Assembly (NCBI GenBank): GCA_947478495.1
Contig: CANJVW010000001.1
Location: 62,658-126,657 of the forward strand
Source: Legionellales bacterium
GTDB lineage: Bacteria; Pseudomonadota; Gammaproteobacteria; DSM-16500
Direction: 5' to 3'
Length of the DNA: 64,000 nucleotides
The notes below the pieces were generated by a model. The model was not told the DNA's origin. It made no database searches and was given only the letters and a program-made list of their open reading frames with translations. Positions 52,569 through 60,028 of this stretch are shown piece after piece. The position numbers were made by a program, and so were the translations under genes. How positions within the stretch are numbered: the stretch's first letter is position 1; each line of letters opens with the position of its first letter.

Positions 52569-53998
52569 CAAATGATAAGCGAACTCTATATTGGGCAGAG
52601 TCAGCCGCTGTTTTATATCTCGTCGCACCTTTATTCTTATTTTTCTGTTTCTATATTCGCCCTGAAGTGGGCTTGCCGGGCTGCGGTTTCATCACGTGGT
52701 GTATTTACTCTATTTGGAAAAAAACACATTGGTCTATTACTCGAACCGACATCAAATCATTATGGATTATCCTCCCCATTTCAATCATCTGGCTAATGCT
52801 CGCTGGCAATTTTGGTGGTTTGTCGCAAAATTCCGATTGGCTAAAACATTATGCCGTCATCAACTTTATTGCGGACCACAGCCCCGCTCTCTCTGATGCG
52901 CACAACGGCCTTTTCGAGATATTGCGTTACTATCTGGGTTGGTACCTTATTCCTGGACTCGCTGTCAAGATAGCAGGCGGGCACGGCCAAATACTCTTTT
53001 CCAGTCTTTGGATACTGATTGGGATTATTCTTTTCTTTATATTGATCACCCGTCTATTAGGGGAAAAAATCAAGCATGCCTATCTTATCGGCCCCATCGT
53101 CTTTATCCTATTCAGCGGGGCGGATATCATCGGATATAGTATCACGCATTTCAAGATCCCTCTTCGATTTCATATTGAATGCTGGGCAGGCTGGGCTCAA
53201 TATAATGCCAATACAACCACCTTGTTTTGGGCGCCACCTCATGCTATTTCAGCATGGCTTGGCCTATCGATTTTGATGCAACAACTAAAAAAACCTGTCT
53301 TGTTGCCATACCTCACGCTGATCTGCTCAGCCATTCTATTCTGGTCCCCTTTTGTTGCAGTAGGGCTGATACCCTTTTGTCTCGCTGTCATGGTAAAATC
53401 GGGACTTAAAAATAGCATCATGAATTGGCATCTACCCACAACCGTTATTTTTATTTCATTGCCTATCGTGGCTTATTTAATGGCATATACCACAAATATC
53501 CCACACGGACCCATTTGGCTAGATCCATGGGTATGGGATCATGCACCGCATTTTACCTGGCCAGGATATATCTTATTTCTATTATTAGAAATCGGCGCCC
53601 CTTTAATTATTTTGTTTGCACAAAAAGATACTCGCAATCGCTTTCTCATCATCGCCACCATCAGTCTCATCTTGATCCCGCTCTATCGAGTTGGAGTATT
53701 AAATGACTTTGCAATGCGTGCATCACTTCCAGCTTTGGCTTTTTTGGCAATAGGCATGGCGTATATTATCGGATCGAGTGCATCACCCTATTATTTAAAA
53801 ATCTCGGTTATCCTCTTACTCACGATAGGCAGCATAACACCGATCGGAGAAGTCGCGAGAGGATTCTTCCCCCCCATTCTTCCTGCAAATCCTGCCACAA
53901 CATTTGATATGTCTTTTATCGGAAGTGATCCACCCTTTCGTTTGCAATATTTCTCCAGCCAACCTATTCCTATTCTACGACAAGGAACGCCACCATGA
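52565..53998 (+). CDS. polytopic membrane protein, paralogue 2
   Basis: The ATG at 52565 overlaps the paralogue-1 TGA (ATGA). It aligns from residue 1 (MTNDKRTLYWAESAAVLYLVAPLFLFFCFYIRPEVG) with paralogue 1. Confidence 0.7.
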   Translation: MTNDKRTLYWAESAAVLYLVAPLFLFFCFYIRPEVGLPGCGFITWCIYSIWKKTHWSITRTDIKSLWIILPISIIWLMLAGNFGGLSQNSDWLKHYAVINFIADHSPALSDAHNGLFEILRYYLGWYLIPGLAVKIAGGHGQILFSSLWILIGIILFFILITRLLGEKIKHAYLIGPIVFILFSGADIIGYSITHFKIPLRFHIECWAGWAQYNANTTTLFWAPPHAISAWLGLSILMQQLKKPVLLPYLTLICSAILFWSPFVAVGLIPFCLAVMVKSGLKNSIMNWHLPTTVIFISLPIVAYLMAYTTNIPHGPIWLDPWVWDHAPHFTWPGYILFLLLEIGAPLIILFAQKDTRNRFLIIATISLILIPLYRVGVLNDFAMRASLPALAFLAIGMAYIIGSSASPYYLKISVILLLTIGSITPIGEVARGFFPPILPANPATTFDMSFIGSDPPFRLQYFSSQPIPILRQGTPP

Positions 53999-54678
53999 TC
54001 ATTGGAAATGGATTGATCGCATCATCCTTTCATCCTCATTTTGAGAATAACGCTGATGTTATTATTTTTGCATCGGGTGTTTCAAACTCGCGTGAAACAA
54101 ATCCCGCTGCTTTTCAACGCGAAGAACGTTTATTGATGAATGCACTGGCATCTAAAAAATACTTAGTTTATTTCAGCACCTGTAGCCTATCCGATCCTGA
54201 GCTACAACAATCACCCTATGTAATGCATAAAATAAAAATAGAAGAGTTGGTGCGCTCATCTAAAGGCTACGCTATTTTTCGATTAACCCAAGTAGTTGGA
54301 AAAACATCCAATCCTCACACGCTCACCAACTATTTATACCAACACATTACATCCGATACGCCTTTCCAAATATGGCGCCACGCGAAACGAAATTTAATCG
54401 ATGTGGATGATGTAGTCTCTATAGCCACTTACTTGATTCAATCACCTCGTATGAGTAGAATAACCGAGAACATTGCATGTCCATTCTCTATCGGAATAGA
54501 TGAGCTCGTACGAATATTTGAGCATGTTCTACGCAAAAAAGCTGTTTACACGTTGAAAGATGCGGGCGGCGCCTACGCTATCGATACTCGATTAGCAACT
54601 GCCGCGGCAAAGAATATTTCCATTGATTTTAATGAAAATTATACTGAAAAACTCCTAAGAAAATATTATGTCTCATAA
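53995..54678 (+). CDS. short atypical SDR/NAD-dependent epimerase-reductase family protein
   Basis: N-terminal IIGNGLIASS (GxGxxA) and a YxxxK motif (YVMHK). 227 aa. ATGA overlap with paralogue 2. Confidence 0.55.
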   Translation: MIIGNGLIASSFHPHFENNADVIIFASGVSNSRETNPAAFQREERLLMNALASKKYLVYFSTCSLSDPELQQSPYVMHKIKIEELVRSSKGYAIFRLTQVVGKTSNPHTLTNYLYQHITSDTPFQIWRHAKRNLIDVDDVVSIATYLIQSPRMSRITENIACPFSIGIDELVRIFEHVLRKKAVYTLKDAGGAYAIDTRLATAAAKNISIDFNENYTEKLLRKYYVS

Positions 54679-55654
54679 AAATGCCTGTCAACTCTCTATC
54701 GTGATTCCTGTTTATCAAAGTGAGAAAATATTATCTCAGCTTGTCACAGAGATGCAGCGCGTCATGGACACCCTCCAGACAATAAGAAATAGTTACGAGA
54801 TTATCTTTGTATGTGACCAATCGCCCGACAACAGCTGGCAAGTCATTCAATCGTTATCAACCCATTTTCCAGAAGTGAAGGGTATCTTACTTCGCATTAA
54901 CGCGGGGCAACACAATGCGCTCATGGCAGGATTTTCTGAAGCAACAGGAAAAATCATTGTCACAATGGATGATGATCTACAGCATTCGCCATCTGATATC
55001 CCTGCATTGCTCGACGCAATCCATGCTGGAAAAGATGTCGTCTATGCGCAATTTAAAAAACGCAAACACGCCCTGTGGAAGCGAATGGGTAGCGGGTTGA
55101 ATGATATCGTCGCAGGCTATTTACTACAAAAACCCAAGGGACTCTACCTCTCTCCTTTTCGAGCTATGAAAGCGGCTATCCGAGATGATATCCTGCGTTA
55201 TCGTGGCCCTTATGTCTATGTAGACGGTTTAATTTTATCTGTCACACAAAACATTGCGATGATAGATGTGGATCATTACGATCGAGCGATTGGGAACAGC
55301 GGATACAGCTTTCGAAAATCGGTTTCGCTTTGGCTCAAGATGGCAACGAATTTTTCGATTGTACCCCTTCGCATTACATCCTTTCTCGGATTGCTTTTTG
55401 CGAGCATAGGATTTGTATTAGCGCTTCTTTTCATTATACAAAAATTGACGCTCGACCGCATGCCAACCGGTTGGTCTTCCCTGATTGTAACGATTCTCAT
55501 CATTGGTGGCGTTCAGTTGCTCGCGCTAGGTATGCTCGGTGAATACCTTGGGCGCGTATTGCTAACGCTCAATGTCCGACCGCAATATGTCATTGGTGAG
55601 ACCATTAACTGTTGGATTACATCTAGAGAGACTGCCCATGTCGAAACAATATGA
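54668..55654 (+). CDS. GT2 polyprenyl-phosphate glycosyltransferase (GtrB/ArnC/DPM1-like)
   Basis: LSIVIPVYQSE, VCDQSPDNS, TMDDDLQHSP (DxD region) and two C-terminal TM helices. Confidence 0.85.
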   Translation: MSHKNACQLSIVIPVYQSEKILSQLVTEMQRVMDTLQTIRNSYEIIFVCDQSPDNSWQVIQSLSTHFPEVKGILLRINAGQHNALMAGFSEATGKIIVTMDDDLQHSPSDIPALLDAIHAGKDVVYAQFKKRKHALWKRMGSGLNDIVAGYLLQKPKGLYLSPFRAMKAAIRDDILRYRGPYVYVDGLILSVTQNIAMIDVDHYDRAIGNSGYSFRKSVSLWLKMATNFSIVPLRITSFLGLLFASIGFVLALLFIIQKLTLDRMPTGWSSLIVTILIIGGVQLLALGMLGEYLGRVLLTLNVRPQYVIGETINCWITSRETAHVETI

Positions 55655-56957
55655 TGTCGCGATCGTTGGCGCAGGATTTACGGGTTTAACAGCTGCATTC
55701 GCATTATCCAAACAAGGTCTTAGCGTCATTGTACTGGAATCGGATTCATCCGTCGGTGGGCTTGCTGGTACATTTACCTTTTCTGATGGTGTTGCACTTG
55801 AAAAATTTTATCACCATTGGTTTAACAATGATGTGTATGTGCCTGCATTAGTCAAAGAACTTAGGTTGGAAGGAGATGTCGTGATGCTTCCCAGTCGAAC
55901 CGGGATGTATTTTAATGGCCGACTTTGGAAGCTCTCGACTCCATTAGACTTGCTTCGCTTTAAAGCGTTATCGCTCATCAACCGCATTCGACTCGGTTTG
56001 TTTGTGCTGCAAGTGCGGCGCATCAAAGATTGGAAAACGATCGAGCATCTCTCCGCCAAAGAATGGCTTGAATCGCTTTGCGGAAAAACGGTGTATCGTG
56101 TCGTGTGGGAACCGCTCATCACCTCCAAATTTTCAATCTATGCGGATGCAGTGAATGCAGTATGGATGTGGAAAAAACTGGTTCTTCGAGGCAGCACACG
56201 AAACAAAAAAGGCAATGAAGAGCTGGCGTATTTTAAAGGCGGTTTTGGTCGACTCGCACAAGCCCTGGTTACAGCCATTGAAAAAAACGGCGGCACAGTG
56301 CGTCTCAATACACCTATCACCGGCGTCAGCGTCTCCGACAATAAAGTGACTGCACTGCATTCTACTGCGGGCGATATTGATGCTCGCCAATTTCTTTTCA
56401 CGCCCGCTTTCCCCATCATCGCTGATATGTTCAAAGACGTGGTCAATCCAACTTGGATTGCTGCTTTGCGCCGCGTGAAATATTTAGGCAATATGTGCTT
56501 GGTATTGCGGCTCAAACAGAGTCTCTCCGATATGTATTGGTTAAACATCAATGACCCTGGCTTTCCTTTTGTTGGCGTGATTGAGCACACCAATTTTGAT
56601 GCGCCTGAACACTACAACGGATCACGTATCGCTTTTCTATCGCGTTATCTCGCGACTGAAGATCTTGTTTGGGGCTACAGCGATAAACAATATCTCGACT
56701 TTGCATTAACTCACTTAAAGCGCATGTTTCCCGATTTAGATCGATCCTGGATTATCGATTATCGTGTTTGGCGAGCGGAGTATGCGCAACCCATCACCGA
56801 AAGAGACTATTCAAAATACCTGCCTGGATCGGAGACACCGTTTGATAATGCCTTTATTTCAACAATGGCTCACATCTATCCGGAAGATCGCGGAACAAAT
56901 TACGCGATACGCGAAGGGTATCGCATCGCAGAAATATTACAACAAAGGATACTATAA
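55638..56957 (+). CDS. FAD/NAD(P)-binding oxidoreductase (amine-oxidase/phytoene-desaturase-like fold)
   Basis: YDVAIVGAGFTGLTAAFALSKQGLSVIVLESDSSVGGL dinucleotide-binding motif. Start set at the ATG at 55638, which overlaps the GT2 end by 17 nt. Confidence 0.8.
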   Translation: MSKQYDVAIVGAGFTGLTAAFALSKQGLSVIVLESDSSVGGLAGTFTFSDGVALEKFYHHWFNNDVYVPALVKELRLEGDVVMLPSRTGMYFNGRLWKLSTPLDLLRFKALSLINRIRLGLFVLQVRRIKDWKTIEHLSAKEWLESLCGKTVYRVVWEPLITSKFSIYADAVNAVWMWKKLVLRGSTRNKKGNEELAYFKGGFGRLAQALVTAIEKNGGTVRLNTPITGVSVSDNKVTALHSTAGDIDARQFLFTPAFPIIADMFKDVVNPTWIAALRRVKYLGNMCLVLRLKQSLSDMYWLNINDPGFPFVGVIEHTNFDAPEHYNGSRIAFLSRYLATEDLVWGYSDKQYLDFALTHLKRMFPDLDRSWIIDYRVWRAEYAQPITERDYSKYLPGSETPFDNAFISTMAHIYPEDRGTNYAIREGYRIAEILQQRIL

Positions 56958-56959
56958 TC

Positions 56960-57961
56960 ATGTCTTATCAGCCTTCTACTATATTGGTCACGGGTGGCGC
57001 AGGATTCATTGGCAGTAACTTTATTCGCTGCCTACTCAAAGAAAATTCTTCTGTTAAAGTAGTGAATCTCGATGCGCTGACCTACGCGGGCTCCCTTGAT
57101 AATTTACATGACTTGTCCGATCCCACCCGATATGTTTTTATTCATGGCGATATCAACGATGCCGCATTAGTCAGCCACATACTCCATCAGCATGTCATTG
57201 ATACCATTGTCCACTTTGCTGCTGAAAGCCATGTCGATCGATCCATCGAAAAACCAGCGACATTTATTCAAACCAATATCATCGGTACATTCACCTTATT
57301 AGAAGCAGCCCGAGAACAGTGGCTCATCAAAAACAAATGGGATGAAAATCATTGTCGGTTTCATCATATTTCAACCGATGAAGTGTATGGGTCGTTAACA
57401 GCGGATGCGCCGGCTTTCGCAGAGACAACGGCTTACACGCCTCGCTCGCCCTATTCTGCATCGAAAGCAGGATCAGACCATTTAGTCAATGCCTATTGTC
57501 ATACGTATGGCCTGCCAATCACGATGAGCAATTGCTCCAATAATTATGGGCCTTACCAACATACTGAAAAACTGATCCCCACTATCATTCGCGCGTGTCT
57601 CGAAGGCAAGCCCATTCCCATTTATGGCGATGGAAGTAATATTCGTGATTGGCTGTATGTAGAAGATCATTGTCGTGGGATTATGCGCATTTTAGAAAAT
57701 GGCAAAATTGGTGAAACCTATAATATTGGCGGGAATAATGAAATGAATAATCTCGCTATTGCACATGCTATTTGTGACATTTTCGATGAGCTGCGTCCCG
57801 CATCAGCTCCACATCGATCACTTATTCAACTTGTTAAAGATCGTCCGGGGCACGATTGGCGATATGCAGTGAACATCGAGAAGATACGCGAAAAATTGGG
57901 CTGGCAACCGCGCGAAACCTTTGAAAAGGGTATCCGAAAAACAATTGCATTTTATCTATGA
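56960..57961 (+). CDS. rfbB: dTDP-glucose 4,6-dehydratase
   Basis: ILVTGGAGFIGSNF, AAESHVDRS and YSASKAGSDHLV (YxxxK) motifs. Confidence 0.93.
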   Translation: MSYQPSTILVTGGAGFIGSNFIRCLLKENSSVKVVNLDALTYAGSLDNLHDLSDPTRYVFIHGDINDAALVSHILHQHVIDTIVHFAAESHVDRSIEKPATFIQTNIIGTFTLLEAAREQWLIKNKWDENHCRFHHISTDEVYGSLTADAPAFAETTAYTPRSPYSASKAGSDHLVNAYCHTYGLPITMSNCSNNYGPYQHTEKLIPTIIRACLEGKPIPIYGDGSNIRDWLYVEDHCRGIMRILENGKIGETYNIGGNNEMNNLAIAHAICDIFDELRPASAPHRSLIQLVKDRPGHDWRYAVNIEKIREKLGWQPRETFEKGIRKTIAFYL

Positions 57962-58019
57962 ATAGGAACGGCCACGACTACATAATTTTTATGTTTATAC
58001 ACCGCCTTTTTTTCATAAA

Positions 58020-58048
58020 GGAGAATATCAGATTTCTTCATATTCTCC
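58020..58048. terminator. hairpin at the rfbB / rfbA-operon convergence point
   Basis: ggagaatat (58020-58028) / atattctcc (58040-58048), 9-bp stem. On the minus strand it is followed by TTTATGAAAAAAA. Overlaps the stop of the small ORF. Confidence 0.3.
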
Positions 58049-58291
58049 TCGTAGCGATCCGTTAAAACAATATAATCCAAAAGCAGACAACTGAACCAAA
58101 CATATCAAAAGAATAATGCTATTCCGACAGCGATAATACTGAAACCCATATACTGAAAAAATAAACCAAAATGGAAGAAGCGAGATAAAGTAATAGCCTG
58201 CTTTATTCGGTTGAGCGATCATCAAAAACAAGGCATTAATCAATACAATAAAAAAAATAACGCGCATTATTTTATTATGGTTTCTTTTCAT
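58028..58291 (-). CDS. small hydrophobic ORF (possible membrane-protein remnant)
   Basis: 87-aa ORF with three hydrophobic segments, 14 nt downstream of rfbA. No motif. Confidence 0.3.
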   Translation of the reverse strand: MKRNHNKIMRVIFFIVLINALFLMIAQPNKAGYYFISLLPFWFIFSVYGFQYYRCRNSIILLICLVQLSAFGLYCFNGSLRGEYEEI

Positions 58292-58305
58292 TAACTGAAA
58301 AGCAC

Positions 58306-59229
58306 CTAGAATAAGGCCGAATACCCCTCTCTGACAACGTTAGACTCCAGTAATTTTTGAAGGTACTGGCCATAACCACTTTTTAATAATGGCTCTGCCA
58401 GCGATAAAAGTTGAGAACTCGTAATGTAGCCCATTCGCCACGCCACCTCTTCAGGACAGCCGACCTTCAACCCTTGGCGATGCTCTAATATCTGAATAAA
58501 ATTAGCAGCCTCTAACCACGATGATGGCGTCCCCATATCTAGCCAAGCTACTCCCCGCCCTATTTGAATCACCTCTAACGCCTGCTCTGATAAATACATT
58601 CGAGCAATATCGGTGACCTCTAGCTCGCCTCGTCTCGAGGGTTTCAACTGCTTAGCCCACTCCACCACGCGGTTATCAAAAAAATATAATCCGATTGCTG
58701 CATAGCTTGATAAGTACTTCGTGGGTTTTTCTACAATCTCGACAGGACGATTATTCTCATCAAATCGAACGACACCATAGCGCTCAGGATCTTGCACGTA
58801 ATAGGCAAAAATAGTCCCGCCATTCGTTTTTTGAGCCGCGAACTGCAATTGAGCGGGAATGCGATCACCATATAAAATGTTATCGCCCAGCATCAAACAC
58901 ACAGGATCATTTCCAATAAACTCTTCTCCTACAACAAATGCATCTGCGATGCCGCGTGGTTTATCCTGGGACGCATACTGCAAACGAATACCCCACTGAT
59001 GACCATCGCCCAATAATTTTTGAAAAAGCGCGCGCTCATGCTCCCAAGTAATAATCAAGATATCGCGTATCCCCGCCAGCATCAACGCGGTCAAAGGGTA
59101 ATACAGCATCGGTTTGTCATAGACGGGTAGCAATTGCTTGGAAATGATGCGTGTTGCCGGATAAAATCGCGTTCCATTGCCACCAGCGAGAAGAATGCCC
59201 TTACAAGCGGGTAATGGTGTGTTTAGCAT
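58306..59229 (-). CDS. rfbA: glucose-1-phosphate thymidylyltransferase
   Basis: GILLAGGNGTRFYPATRIISKQLLPVYDKPMLYYPL and YGVVRFD motifs. Confidence 0.93.
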   Translation of the reverse strand: MLNTPLPACKGILLAGGNGTRFYPATRIISKQLLPVYDKPMLYYPLTALMLAGIRDILIITWEHERALFQKLLGDGHQWGIRLQYASQDKPRGIADAFVVGEEFIGNDPVCLMLGDNILYGDRIPAQLQFAAQKTNGGTIFAYYVQDPERYGVVRFDENNRPVEIVEKPTKYLSSYAAIGLYFFDNRVVEWAKQLKPSRRGELEVTDIARMYLSEQALEVIQIGRGVAWLDMGTPSSWLEAANFIQILEHRQGLKVGCPEEVAWRMGYITSSQLLSLAEPLLKSGYGQYLQKLLESNVVREGYSALF

Positions 59230-59268
59230 AAATATCTTTCTCTCATTAATTTCGTCTGCAACAGGATC

Positions 59269-60015
59269 TCAACTACTTTTCTCATAGGCCGCTAACACTT
59301 CCTCGACGCTACCCAGCATCATAATTTTTCCCTTATTTAGCCACAACGCTTTATTGCAAAATTGTCGAATCACTGCCGCTGCATGTGACGCAATCACCAA
59401 GATTTCTGCTTTATCATAAAGCGCTTTTGCACGCACCGCTGCTTTTTCAAGAAAATGTTTATCGCCTGCGCCAATTGCTTCATCCAGCAGCAAAATTTCG
59501 GGCTCAATACACGTACAAATCGCAAAACCTAAACGCATTTTCATGCCAGCAGAATATCCTCTCACTGGCAAATTGAGCGAGTCTTTTAATTCAGAAAATT
59601 CTTCTATTCCAGGAATGAGTGATTTAATTTTTTTCTGAGAAAACCCCAACAACATTCCCATGTAATAAATGTTGTGGTACCCGGTTCTCTCCATATCCAT
59701 TCCCATACAGACATCAAATAAAGCAGAAACCCTACCCTCAATTAATAACCGACCTTTAACAGGCACATACAATTGGCCAAGTGTTTTGAGCAACGTACTT
59801 TTCCCTGAGCCATTCGTCCCAATTAACCCCAACCGATCGCCTTGTCTCAGAGAAAATGACACACCATTCAGCGCTTTAACGACCGTCATTGCATTTTCTT
59901 CGGCGTATACCCTGCCGCGCGTCGTCAAACTGATTAATGCTCGACGAAAGGAATAATCATGATTTCCATAAATGGGGTAATGTACTTCAATATTTTCCAA
60001 TTCTATTTTTGCCAT
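59269..60015 (-). CDS. polysaccharide-export ABC transporter ATP-binding protein (KpsT/Wzt/TagH-like)
   Basis: Walker A GTNGSGKST. Family-typical YSAGMKMRLGFA signature. Walker B ILLLDEA. 248 aa, so no C-terminal carbohydrate-binding extension. Confidence 0.85.
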   Translation of the reverse strand: MAKIELENIEVHYPIYGNHDYSFRRALISLTTRGRVYAEENAMTVVKALNGVSFSLRQGDRLGLIGTNGSGKSTLLKTLGQLYVPVKGRLLIEGRVSALFDVCMGMDMERTGYHNIYYMGMLLGFSQKKIKSLIPGIEEFSELKDSLNLPVRGYSAGMKMRLGFAICTCIEPEILLLDEAIGAGDKHFLEKAAVRAKALYDKAEILVIASHAAAVIRQFCNKALWLNKGKIMMLGSVEEVLAAYEKSS

Positions 60016-60028
60016 TATCTACTCGCTA

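Noticed and set aside
48835-55654. GtrA/GtrB-type genes as evidence of a serotype-converting prophage.
   Set aside because: No integrase, excisionase, phage structural genes or att-like direct repeats were seen. The tRNA in the window is 9 kb away, inside the ribosomal block, and not at a locus boundary.
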